The notes: generated by a model from the letters alone, not told the origin. A DNA stretch of 64,000 nt from an uncultured Thermoleophilia bacterium (GCA_963702475.1 CAVPCT010000003.1:384001-448000), one strand, 5' to 3'; shown: positions 1-8,875, counted from the stretch's first letter. A program made the numbers and translations.

Positions 1-420
1 TTGGCAGGGACCAACCTCATCTACGGGTCGGGCATGATCGAGTCGGGCGTCACCTTCGACTTCGCGCAGCTGGTCATCGACGACGAGATCGCGCGCATGG
101 TCAAGCAGGTGGTCGGCGGCGTGCGCGTGGACGACGAGACGCTGGCGGTGGACGACATCGCCTCGGTCGGCTCGTTCGGCGACTTCCTCAGCCTGGACGC
201 GACCATGGCGCACATGCGCGAGCAGTCGCAGCCCCGGCTCATGGACAGGCGCGTGCGCGAGGAGTGGGAAGAGGCGGGGAGCCCCGGCATGTACGAGCGC
301 GCCCACGCCAGGGCACGCGACATCCTCGAGAACCACAGGCCGGAGCCGCTGCCCGACGACGTGCGGCAGCGGGTCCGCGACATCGTCGACCGTGAGGACA
401 GGGCGGCCGGCAGGGCCTGA
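1..420 (+). CDS. mttB: Trimethylamine methyltransferase (MttB superfamily), C-terminal part; gene begins before the window
   Basis: AGTNLIYGSGMIESGVTFDFAQLVIDDE...DR..REEWEEAGS...ILENH.PEPL matches the MttB C-terminus; the Pyl/non-Pyl position lies upstream of the window. Confidence 0.85.
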   Translation: MAGTNLIYGSGMIESGVTFDFAQLVIDDEIARMVKQVVGGVRVDDETLAVDDIASVGSFGDFLSLDATMAHMREQSQPRLMDRRVREEWEEAGSPGMYERAHARARDILENHRPEPLPDDVRQRVRDIVDREDRAAGRA

Positions 421-639
421 CGGGCGCGCCGGTGAGGGGGCCGGGCGGCGCCTTGCGGCGCCACCCGAAGCATCGTCCTACTGCGGCCGCCGCCGGGGCC
501 GCCGCGGCCGCGCCCCCGGCGGCGGCCGCCGACGTGTCCGACCCGCTGCAGGCGGCGAGGACGAGCGCCGCCGCGGCTTCGAGGCCGGCGCTCATGGCCA
601 CTCCCCGGCGGAGTCTCGATCCCCATCGTCAGCGCATGA

Positions 640-1674
640 CTACTTCGCCTTCACGATCACTCCCGCCCAGACCCACGTGTCGCCCGGCGCGAGAGGGCGC
701 CGCTCCATGAAGTGCCAGAAGGCGCAGTAGTAGAGATCCGCACATGCGCCCGACCCCGAGGACGTCCAGTACTGGAAGTGCTCGATCCCGCCGGGCCCGC
801 GCACAGCCGTCGATCCGAGGTCCTCCCAAGCCCCGTCCTTGGTGGTCAGGGTGGACCACGAGGAGGAATCGATGCTGCCGTCGCGTCGCCGGTGGCCGAT
901 CTCCTCGATGAAGCCTTCAAGCCGGCCGCTCACGCGCGGGTCCGACTGCTCGAGGTCAAGGATCCAAGGATCCGAGGTGTCGTATGCCGTCTGTCTCATG
1001 GTGGCGATGCCGACGACCGGCGTCCAGTTCGCCGGCGCCGTGCCGGGGCCGGGGGCCGGCGGCACCGGGCTCCCGTCGGTCGTCTCGATCCAGCCCGCGC
1101 CGACGTACTTGGTACTGGGATTCACCCAGCCCGCGCCGGCCTCCGGGAACCACCAGCACCCGCGCGTGACGAGGCCTGCGTAGTCGCCCGTCCCCCTCGC
1201 GCTGCGGTGGGCGGGTTGGCCTCCCATGTCCGCCGCGCGGCCAGCGATGCCGCCCGTCCACCTGCCCAGCCAGGTCCCGCCCTGGTTGCGCAGGCGCCAC
1301 GTGCCCCGCATGCGGGCGCTCCCGCCTTGGCGCGCTTCGAGGTAGATCACTATGTCGACCCTGCCGCTCAGGCGCGGATCGGAGCTCTCCTGGCGGAGTG
1401 TGCAGACGGTGTACCATTGTCTGCGGCCGCCGATCTGCTTGAAGTCTTCGCGCCTACCGGTCTGCGACTGCGTCCAGACGTAGGGGAGCATGCCGTGGAA
1501 CTCGTGGACGGACGCAGAAGGCGTGACTGCGGCGGACGTGCTGCTCGCCGCCGCCGGCCCTGAGGCCACTCCGCCGGCCGTGCTCGCGCACGCCGTCGCG
1601 CACGCCGTCACCGCTGCCGTGCCCACCAAAAGGCACAGCAGGCTCACCATCCTCGATGCGACCCGGTCCTTCAT
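640..1674 (-). CDS. Exported or lipo-protein with two internal 'SDPRLSG' repeats; paralog of 1762-2799
   Basis: SD AGGAAGGAG before ATG 1674; hydrophobic N-terminus with Cys; ESSDPRLSG and EQSDPRVSG; high similarity to its neighbour; TAG stop. Confidence 0.75.
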   Translation of the reverse strand: MKDRVASRMVSLLCLLVGTAAVTACATACASTAGGVASGPAAASSTSAAVTPSASVHEFHGMLPYVWTQSQTGRREDFKQIGGRRQWYTVCTLRQESSDPRLSGRVDIVIYLEARQGGSARMRGTWRLRNQGGTWLGRWTGGIAGRAADMGGQPAHRSARGTGDYAGLVTRGCWWFPEAGAGWVNPSTKYVGAGWIETTDGSPVPPAPGPGTAPANWTPVVGIATMRQTAYDTSDPWILDLEQSDPRVSGRLEGFIEEIGHRRRDGSIDSSSWSTLTTKDGAWEDLGSTAVRGPGGIEHFQYWTSSGSGACADLYYCAFWHFMERRPLAPGDTWVWAGVIVKAK

Positions 1675-1761
1675 GCTCACTCCTTCCTGCTGCCGGACCA
1701 TGTCCTGCGCAACGTGGCGCGGCCGGGCGGCGCCCCCAGGGGCCGCCCGGCTGCGCAGCCG

Positions 1762-2799
1762 TCACTCGGTCTTCTCGACCCAGCCCGTGTACACGAACGT
1801 GTCGCCGGGCACGATGTCGCGCGGCTCGGGGAAGAACCAGAAGCCGTGGTACGTGAGCCCCACGTAGGCGCCCGACCCGGCCGCCGTCCAGGACATGAAG
1901 TGCTCGAACCGCGGACCGGGGCCACGCACGTCGAGCTCCGCCGGCGCCTTCCAGGATCCGTCCTGGTTCCTGACGGTGCTCCACGAGCGATAGTCGATGC
2001 TGCCGTCCGTGCGCGGGTAGCCGATCTCCTCCACCTCACCCTCCACGCGGCCGCTCAGGCGCGGATCCGACTGCTCGACGTCCCAGACCCAGGGCTGGTC
2101 GTCGTCGTAGGACGTGCGCACCGTGGTCGCGATGCCGACGACGGGCCTCCAGTCCACCGGCGTCGTGCCGGGCCCCGGGGTGGGCGGCACCGGGCTGCCG
2201 TCGGCCGTCTCGATCCGGCCCGCGTACACGATCTCGATGTCGGGCGTGAAGCCCTCGCCTGCCTCCACGAACGTCGCCGTCGCGCGATAGACGAGGCCGG
2301 TGTACTCCCCGGTCCCCTTCATCGTCAGGCGCAGGTAGTGCACGTCGCCGCCGGCGGCGACGCCCCCCGTCCACTTCCCGGTCCAGGCGCCGGCCGCGTT
2401 GCGCACGACGCTGGTGCCCCGGAGGGCGGCGCTCATGTCCGCCTGGCGCTGGTCGACGTTGATCACGACGACGTGGTTGCCGCTCAGGCGGGGGTCGGAG
2501 CTCTTCTGCAGCAGCTTCCACTGGGCGTGACGCATGCGCTTGACCCCGTCGACCGTCGTGACGCTCCGGTAGTCTCCGGTGTCGTACACCCTGCCGATGC
2601 AGACGACCGGCAGCATGCCGCGGAACTCCGCGACGGGTGCCGGCGGCGCGCTCGCGACCGGCGTGGCGCCGGCCGCCACCGGCGCGGAGGCTGCGCCCCC
2701 GCCGGTGGTGCCGCACGCCGACAGACCGGCGGTCGCCAGAGCAGCGGCCAGCAGCGCGTATAGCGCGAACAGCGTCCCCCACAAGGCCCTTCCAGACAT
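1762..2799 (-). CDS. Lipoprotein with two internal 'SDPRLSG' repeats
   Basis: SD GGAGGAG; lipobox GLSAC; KSSDPRLSG and EQSDPRLSG; PVPPTPGPGT linker. Confidence 0.8.
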   Translation of the reverse strand: MSGRALWGTLFALYALLAAALATAGLSACGTTGGGAASAPVAAGATPVASAPPAPVAEFRGMLPVVCIGRVYDTGDYRSVTTVDGVKRMRHAQWKLLQKSSDPRLSGNHVVVINVDQRQADMSAALRGTSVVRNAAGAWTGKWTGGVAAGGDVHYLRLTMKGTGEYTGLVYRATATFVEAGEGFTPDIEIVYAGRIETADGSPVPPTPGPGTTPVDWRPVVGIATTVRTSYDDDQPWVWDVEQSDPRLSGRVEGEVEEIGYPRTDGSIDYRSWSTVRNQDGSWKAPAELDVRGPGPRFEHFMSWTAAGSGAYVGLTYHGFWFFPEPRDIVPGDTFVYTGWVEKTE

Positions 2800-2839
2800 G
2801 GCCTCTCCTCCCTCTCGGCGGAGAGGTTCTCCGCTCACC

Positions 2840-2872
2840 CAGACAGACCGGGAGGCCGGGCCGCTTCTTCGC
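2840..2872 (-). promoter_or_regulatory. Putative ECF-sigma promoter motif (GCGAAGAAGCGG-N8-CCCGGTCTGTCTG)
   Basis: Near-identical 33-nt motif at 5338-5370 upstream of the ECF sigma gene. Confidence 0.6.
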
Positions 2873-2969
2873 CGCCGCCGTTGGCCGGGGGGTTGGCTCG
2901 TGTGCGGCAGGGAGTGCTGGTCGATCAAGGGGTTGGGAGCCCGCTACCCGCGGGCGCACTCCACCTTTC

Positions 2970-3205
2970 AGTCCGCCTCGCGCGGGGCCCTCTCGGGCCG
3001 CGAATCGCTCAACAGCACTCCGGCGGCTTCGCACGCTACGGGCGTTAGTCCGCCTCGCGCGGGGCCCTCTCGGGCCGCGAGTCGCTCACTAGCGCTACGG
3101 CAACTGCGTCGCCTGCGGGCATTAGTCCGCCTCGCGCGGGGCCCTCTCGGGCCGCGAATCGCTCAACAGCACTCCGGCGGCTTCGCACGCTACGGGCGTT
3201 AGTCC
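2970..3205. repeat. Three tandem 77-bp REP-like palindromic units
   Basis: Units start at 2970, 3047 and 3124, with a partial AGTCC at 3201; units 1 and 3 identical, unit 2 diverged in its second half; internal hairpin TCGCG..GCCC-TCTC-GGGC.CGCGA. Confidence 0.9.
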
Positions 3206-4620
3206 TGGGTCGCCGGAGCCGCCGGGTACGCCTGCAGCGAGTTCGCGACCTCGAGGAGCTCCTCGGCCGTGGCCGCTCCCGCGATCGTCAGGAGGACGCC
3301 TTCCTTGACGGCCCAGAGGTGAGGCGCGGACGACGTGGTCGCGACCACGATGCTCGCCGTCTGGCCGGCGAAGGCGCCGGAGGTGATCGGGGCCCGCGTG
3401 AGGACCAGCGCGGTCCAGGAGGGGTCGTACGCGTCCACCGGGTCCTCGCGCGCCGTGTAGTACGGGTCGGCGATGGTGCGCGTGGAGACCGTGAGCGCGT
3501 CGAAGCCGTGCGTGTACTGCAGCTCGAAGATGTGACGCGTGCGGACGAGGTGGTTCGCCGTGAGTGCCTCCTCCGCCACTGCCGCGGCGGCCAGGCTGAA
3601 GCCGGACGGCACGAACCCAGGCACGAGCGGCGTCACTCCCGGGAGCCCGCCCGCCTCCTCCAAGGTGACGCGCCGGAAGCCCGCGTCCATGTGCCGGACC
3701 GGCCGCCTCTCGGCCGCCGGCAGCGAGAACGCGTTCGCCGGCAGTGGCTCGTTGTAGCGGACGTCCAGGTACCGCAGGTCGGCGATGAGCACCCCTCCTT
3801 CGATTTGCTGGAAGCGAAGGGGGAGCCACGTGCGCTTGTCGACCGTGACCTTGTAGACGGGCCAGTCGACGGTCGAGCCGGAGACCGCTCGCTTGCCGAT
3901 GTCCCCCTTCGTGCAGGTCACCGTCCAGGCCGGACGGCCGTCCACCACGGTGTCCTCGAGGGTGAAGGCGCCGGCCGCCTCCATGGCGCGCCCGCCGCTC
4001 CCGAAGTCGACCCCCGTCAGCGGGTCGGCGGGCGCGTCCGGCGGCCCGAGCGGGACGTTGCGCGTGACGACCAGTCCTCGTCCTGCGCGGTAGTGGCCGA
4101 GGACGCTTGTCTTGGCGTCGTAGACGAGGACGTCGGTCGGCTGCGCGGAAGCGGACGCGCCGGACCCGCCGTGGCGGGTCCGCCCCAGCTGGGTGAGGCG
4201 GTAGCTGCCGTCGGCGCTCTGCAGCAGGTGGTAGCGGAGGTAGTCGTAGTGGTAGCCGATCAGGGACCGGTTCCAGTCGGTGGCCTTGAGCGTCACGTCG
4301 GCCTGCCAGGTGCGTCCAGACGACGAGGCGGTCAGCACGCGCTTGAGTATCGTGCCGGCGTCGACGGGCTCCGGGCCGCGAGAGCGCGGCAGACCGAAGA
4401 GGACGGCCGCGGCGGCCACCGCGACGACGGCGGTGGCGACGGCGGCGAGGCGCAGGCGCCGGCCGCCGAGGGTGGCGCGCAGTCGTTGTGCGAGACTGGG
4501 GTGCGGTTCTGCGGCGGCGCGAAGCTGCAGGCGGAGCCGATCCCAGTAGTCCGGCGCGTGGTCCGGCTCGGCGATGCTCTCGAGCCGGCGTCCGAGCTCG
4601 ATGTCGCGCTGCTCGTTCAC
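3199..4620 (-). CDS. Probable anti-sigma factor: single TM plus extracytoplasmic LolA/RseB-like region
   Basis: Overlaps the sigma stop (GTGA); short N-terminus, TM AAVATAVVAVAAAAVLFG, 'VDKRTWLPLRF...DVRYNEPLPANAF' LolA-like tail. Confidence 0.65.
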   Translation of the reverse strand: MNEQRDIELGRRLESIAEPDHAPDYWDRLRLQLRAAAEPHPSLAQRLRATLGGRRLRLAAVATAVVAVAAAAVLFGLPRSRGPEPVDAGTILKRVLTASSSGRTWQADVTLKATDWNRSLIGYHYDYLRYHLLQSADGSYRLTQLGRTRHGGSGASASAQPTDVLVYDAKTSVLGHYRAGRGLVVTRNVPLGPPDAPADPLTGVDFGSGGRAMEAAGAFTLEDTVVDGRPAWTVTCTKGDIGKRAVSGSTVDWPVYKVTVDKRTWLPLRFQQIEGGVLIADLRYLDVRYNEPLPANAFSLPAAERRPVRHMDAGFRRVTLEEAGGLPGVTPLVPGFVPSGFSLAAAAVAEEALTANHLVRTRHIFELQYTHGFDALTVSTRTIADPYYTAREDPVDAYDPSWTALVLTRAPITSGAFAGQTASIVVATTSSAPHLWAVKEGVLLTIAGAATAEELLEVANSLQAYPAAPATQD

Positions 4621-5315
4621 GGCTCCAGCTCACGGCCGACTGTGGCGCCGAGGCTGTGGCGTAGCCTGGCTCGTGCCGAGGACAGGCGCGAGGCCAAGGT
4701 CCCCATGGGTACGCCGAGGATGTCCGCCGCCGCCGAGTAGTCGAAGCCCTCGCGGTCGACCAGCAGGACGGCCAGACGTTGTTCGGGCGACAGGGCGGAC
4801 AGGGCCGCCGCGAGTGCCTCGCGGACCGCCAGCGCGTCGGCGGGGTCCGGGTCACAGTCGTCTGGCTCGGGCATCTCCTCCGGAGGTAGAGGGACCAGCC
4901 GCCTGGACCGCGCTACGGCGTCGCAGCAGGCGCGGTAGGTGATGCGGCAGAGCCAGGTGCTCAGCGACGCCTCCCCGCGAAAGCCGGCGAGCGAGCGGTA
5001 GACCCTGAGCGAGACCTCCTGGAGGACGTCGTCCATCAGCTGGCGGTCCGCCAGCGTGTGATAGGCGACGATGCGCAGGCGGCGGTCGTAGTGCCGCATG
5101 ACGGCGATGAACGCCTCGCCGTCGCCGGCTGCGGCCGCGGCGAGGACGCTCGGGTCGATCTCCTCGGTCCTCCGGGCCACGGCAGACACGGCCGCCCCTC
5201 CCTCCGGACGCCTGACCCTCCTCTGGATGAACGTACCACTCCCGGGGAGTCGCAGGCCCGTTGCCGCGAGGGCGCTGTCGGCCCCAACACGAGCCGCGAC
5301 CGTCGTCGCGTGCAT
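4617..5315 (-). CDS. ECF RNA polymerase sigma factor (alternative GTG start at 5189)
   Basis: Region 2 DDVLQEV..RVYRSLAGFRGEASLSTWLCRI; region 4 L..EQRLAVLLVDREGFDY..AA.ILGVP.GT..SRL. Confidence 0.92.
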   Translation of the reverse strand: MHATTVAARVGADSALAATGLRLPGSGTFIQRRVRRPEGGAAVSAVARRTEEIDPSVLAAAAAGDGEAFIAVMRHYDRRLRIVAYHTLADRQLMDDVLQEVSLRVYRSLAGFRGEASLSTWLCRITYRACCDAVARSRRLVPLPPEEMPEPDDCDPDPADALAVREALAAALSALSPEQRLAVLLVDREGFDYSAAADILGVPMGTLASRLSSARARLRHSLGATVGRELEP

Positions 5316-5337
5316 GGCTCCTCTCCCTCCTCTCGGT

Positions 5338-5370
5338 CAGATAGACCGGGGAAGGGCACCGTTTCTTCGC
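5338..5370 (-). promoter_or_regulatory. Putative autoregulatory ECF promoter (GCGAAGAAACGG-N8-CCCGGTCTATCTG)
   Basis: 23 nt upstream of the sigma ATG; shared with 2840-2872. Confidence 0.6.
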
Positions 5371-5430
5371 GGGGGAGAAAGGGCGAGAGCCAACCGAAGG
5401 TGGGCGGTGCCCTGTGGCGCCACCCGGGAT

Positions 5431-6123
5431 TCAGTTCCCCGAGAGCACCCAGTCCTTGGCGGCTGCCAGGTGCACCTTGAGGGTGTACCCTGCGCCGCCG
5501 TCGGTGACGGAGTACGCGAAGTCGCCGTTGCCCGTCCCCTGCGCCATGGGCGCGTGCGTCCAGGGGTTCTGCGGCCACACGGGCACGCCGGGCTGCAGGC
5601 CGACCGCGCCGGCGGCGCCCAGGTCGGCCCCGGCCGGCGGCGTGCCGCCGTGGCCGGCCCTCCACGCCTCGACATAGCTCTGCAGCAGCGCCAGGCCGGC
5701 CTTGCTCGCGTCGTCGCGGTCGGTCTTGAGCCACGCCGGGACGCCCCCGGTGAGCTTGTAGTCGCCGCTCGACAGGTGGCCGATGAGCGTGTAGCCGGTG
5801 CCGTCGGCTTTCAATCTGTAGGTGTAGGTGCCCCTGCTGGTGCCCGGAGCCATGGTCTTGCCGGTCCACGGGTTGCCCGGCCACACCGGCGCCACCAGGG
5901 CGCCGCCCTTCTTGACGTCGGCGACAGCGGGGTAGGTGAAGCCGTCCTTCTCCGCCTGGGTGTTGACGTAGCCCTGCAACAGCAGGACGTTCATCTGCAC
6001 CTGCTTGTCGACGAAGCTCGGGGCGGCGGCGGCCTGCTGCGGCAGCGCCGCGGCCGTGAAGAAGGAGAGCGCCGCGGCCGCGAGCACCGCGGCGCCGCGC
6101 CTCAGCGGGACATGTTTCGGCAT
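5431..6123 (-). CDS. Secreted protein with two tandem pseudopilin(GspG)-like 'WP.NPWT..PM..G...G.Y.Y' domains
   Basis: Sec-type signal ending AAAA; LLLQGYVN/ALLQSYVE and WPGNPWTGKTM/WPQNPWTHAPM duplicated; SD GAGGAGG. Confidence 0.75.
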   Translation of the reverse strand: MPKHVPLRRGAAVLAAAALSFFTAAALPQQAAAAPSFVDKQVQMNVLLLQGYVNTQAEKDGFTYPAVADVKKGGALVAPVWPGNPWTGKTMAPGTSRGTYTYRLKADGTGYTLIGHLSSGDYKLTGGVPAWLKTDRDDASKAGLALLQSYVEAWRAGHGGTPPAGADLGAAGAVGLQPGVPVWPQNPWTHAPMAQGTGNGDFAYSVTDGGAGYTLKVHLAAAKDWVLSGN

Positions 6124-6246
6124 GGGTGCCTCCTCGAAACGCCTCGGAGTGTCGTCTCAGTGTCTCCGCCCCGCCTCTCCGCGGTCAACCGCGGCGGCGA
6201 CCTGTGCCATGGTGTGCGGTCCGGTGCCGGGCTACTGCATTTGGTC

Positions 6247-6252
6247 TAGGAT
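6247..6252 (+). promoter_or_regulatory. -10 element TAGGAT; probable leaderless mtbB transcript
   Basis: TANNNT hexamer 7 nt before ATG 6260; no clear SD. Confidence 0.45.
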
Positions 6253-6259
6253 GCGGGGC

Positions 6260-7648
6260 ATGGAACCCCGCTTCCCCACCCGCATGGGCGACGGCTTCAT
6301 GGTCGAGAGGACGCGCAGCGAGCTGCGCGCCGACATCGAGGACGCGACGCGTGAGGCGGCGCGCAAGGCCAAGGCGCCGCCACTTGCCTCCGACGAGCAA
6401 GAACACCTGCTCGACATCTACGCCTCTCGCGCGGCCTTCACGGCCGTCGACATCGGCGACCAGGTCGTGCTGAGCTGCGATGGCGGCGGCAGCAAGATGA
6501 CCGGCACCGACCTGCTCGACCTCCTGGAGAGCGAACAGCGTCTGGGCCAGGACATCCTCGAGCTGTGGCACATCGAGTACAGCTACAAGGCCATCAAGAC
6601 GATCCTGCCGTTCCAGCAGCAGGTGATGCAGAACGTCCAGCTGATGCTCACCGCTCCGGTGCAGTACGGCGCCCAGCCCAACCTCGCCTTCTACAGCCGG
6701 CCGGACGGGCCGTGCGAGAACTGGTTCGAGCTGCTGCCGCGTGGCGACGTGGCGGGCGCCCGCGCGGCCGTCGAGGAGGCCATGGAGTACGCCACGCAGG
6801 ACTTCGTGTACGTGGCGGACGGCATGATCGAGGCCGGCGCCGACGGCGTGGACTTCGACACCACCGGAGGCGCCGGCGACGCCGACCTCTTCAGCACCCT
6901 CCGCGCCGTGAAGCACGTCCGCGAGCGGTACCCGGAGGCCGGCGTGGAGCTCGGCATGGCCGGAGAGTTCGTGATCGGCGTGCACGGCGAGCTCGCCTGG
7001 GACGGCCGGCGGCTCGCCGGCCTCTGGCCCAAGGGCCAGCTCGAGGTCGCGCAGGACGCCGGCGCCACCATCTTCGGACCGGCCGTCAACATCCGCACCG
7101 GCCGGTCCTGCTGCTGGAACACGGCGTACTCGCTCACCGTCATCAAGCCGTGTATGGAGGTAGCGCGCATCCCCGTCCACGTGAACGTGGGCGAAGGGGT
7201 CTGCGGCGTGCCCGTGAACGGCTACCCGCCCGAGGACGCGTCGTCACGGGCGGCCAAGGCGCACGTGGAGATCCTCGGCTGCGACGGCTTGTAGGTCGGC
7301 TCGGGTGACTCCAGGGGCATGGACGTCACCCACGCGCTCGCCGCGGGCATGGGCGGCATGCGCACGGCCGGAGACCTGGTCGCGCGCCTGCAGATGTCCC
7401 GGGGCATGCGCCTCACGGAGGCGAAACGGTACGTCGCGGAACGGCTGGCTTGCTCGGTCGGTGATCTGAGCGACAGCTACGCGATGGAGCAGCTGCGCGG
7501 CGAGCTGGGTCTGGGGCGGATCCTCGACCACTCGAACCTGCACCCCGGCAAGCCGAACGCGCTGGCGGCGAAGTTCCGTATCGCTGAACTGCTCGGCCTG
7601 CGGATCAACTCGGTGGAGCGCTTTCGGGAGCTGGCGGGGCTGGCGTGA
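6260..7648 (+). CDS. mtbB: Dimethylamine:corrinoid methyltransferase MtbB with in-frame amber (pyrrolysine) codon at 7292-7294; 462 aa with readthrough
   Basis: N-terminal TRMGDG, YSYKAIK, YGAQPNL.FYS.PDGP..N, DTTGGAGDAD, GMAGEF, IPVHVNVG.GV.GVP; ORFs 6005-7294 and 7319-7648 are in the same frame, giving GCDGL-(TAG)-VGSGDSRGM...GMGGMRTAGDLVARLQ, the MtbB Pyl context. Confidence 0.92.
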
Positions 7649-8120
7649 CGGCGGCGCGGCGGGCGGCGCGCATGGCCGCGCCGACGGTCAGCGAGGCCAG
7701 CCCGATCGGCACCAGCAGGATGCCCGTGAGCAACGTCAGGTAGAGGCCCAGACCTGGCCGGTACAGGTCGATCATCGAATCGGCCGCCGCGACCGACTCC
7801 ACCGCGTATACCGCGCCGGCAGCCACGACGACGAGGCTCAACGCGATCGTGACGCGCCGCGGCCCCAGCACGAGCAGCAGGACGGCCGCAGCCAGCGCCG
7901 CGAGCGCGGCCGCCAGCACCGGTGGCCCCCACTGCGTCTGCAGCACGCCGACCACCTCGGGCGGCTTGCTGAGGCCGAAGTTCACGGACTGCTCCGTGTA
8001 GTGGTTGGCCCACGGCAGGAAGAGCGAGACCACGCCGACGGCGCCGCCGGCGATCATCAGGGCGGCGTAGCCGACCCAGTCGGCGCGGGTGAAGCGGTGT
8101 CTGCGGCGCGCGAGCTTCAT
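7605..8120 (-). CDS. Small 4-TM membrane protein
   Basis: SD GAGGAG; four hydrophobic segments; SLFLPW and G.GLYL motifs; 3' end overlaps mtbB. Confidence 0.7.
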   Translation of the reverse strand: MKLARRRHRFTRADWVGYAALMIAGGAVGVVSLFLPWANHYTEQSVNFGLSKPPEVVGVLQTQWGPPVLAAALAALAAAVLLLVLGPRRVTIALSLVVVAAGAVYAVESVAAADSMIDLYRPGLGLYLTLLTGILLVPIGLASLTVGAAMRAARRAAVTPAPPAPESAPPS

Positions 8121-8251
8121 GGTCCCGACCTTCTCCTCCCGGGCTGGATACCGCTCAAGGCGGTTCCGCCAAACGCCAGACCGCACAGATGGCTGCAGGA
8201 TGAGTCCGGAGCGGCCGATAGTCCACCTGACACCTGCGAGGGAGGAGCGAG

Positions 8252-8629
8252 ATGAGACGATCCGTGATCTGCCTGGCCGCCGCGCTGGCCGTGCTCGCGC
8301 TCGCGGCGGCACTCGGCGCCTGTGGCTCCGAGGACATCCAGACACCGACCGACACCATCGACATCGCCAAGGACCAGGCCGTCAAGGCGCAGATCATGAT
8401 GATCAAGACGGGCGTGACTGCCTACGTCCAGCTGAACGGCGTGGCGCCTGCGAACGCGTCCGCGGAGACGCTCGGGAGCTTCGTGCAGCCCTGGCCGGAC
8501 AACCCCTTCACGCAGGCGCCGATGAAGCAGGGCAAGGAGCCGGGCGACATCGCCTATGCGCCCGGCGCCGGCACGGCCTACACCCTCGGCGTGGTGGTGT
8601 CCGACGGCAGCGTGTACAACGCGCCGTGA
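8252..8629 (+). CDS. Lipoprotein with one pseudopilin-like 'WPDNPFT' domain
   Basis: SD GGAGGAG; lipobox LGAC; WPDNPFTQAPMKQG..PGD..Y. Confidence 0.8.
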   Translation: MRRSVICLAAALAVLALAAALGACGSEDIQTPTDTIDIAKDQAVKAQIMMIKTGVTAYVQLNGVAPANASAETLGSFVQPWPDNPFTQAPMKQGKEPGDIAYAPGAGTAYTLGVVVSDGSVYNAP

Positions 8630-8654
8630 GGTGAGATGTCGCCGCCCGGTAGAG

Positions 8655-8770
8655 CTCGCGCGGGTCGTGCCGGAGGATGGCGCCGCGGCCGACGAACTGC
8701 TGGCTTCGGGCGACGACGCTCTCTACAGGGCCAAGCACGAGGGCCGAGACAGAGTGTGCGTCGCGAGGGG
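8655..8770 (+). pseudogene. C-terminal remnant of a GGDEF diguanylate cyclase
   Basis: PEDGAAADELLASGDDALYRAKHEGRDRVCV in the frame of ORF 8556-8903; no GGDEF motif and no start. Confidence 0.65.
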
Positions 8771-8875
8771 GCTCGCCGCCGAGGGCGGCGCCGGCGCGAC
8801 TCTCGATCGCCTGCCGGCTCCTGCCCCGCAGCCGGCTGGTTCCGAGGCTCGTCCCGGCGGCAGCGCGACGCGGCG

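Noticed and set aside
1-420. Calling the MttB-family gene Pyl-containing
   Set aside because: The Pyl-equivalent position is upstream of the window; non-Pyl MttB homologs are common
593-642. Pyl readthrough at the TAG of the 640-1674 lipoprotein
   Set aside because: The paralog ends at the same position with TGA, so this TAG is a true stop
2970-3205. Possible mini-CRISPR array (constant ~42 bp plus variable ~35 bp)
   Set aside because: Variable parts 1 and 3 are identical and part 2 is homologous (about 22/35 matches); no cas genes in the window; better explained as a tandem REP-like repeat
7319-7648. Separate 109-aa gene
   Set aside because: It is the in-frame C-terminal part of MtbB after the amber codon
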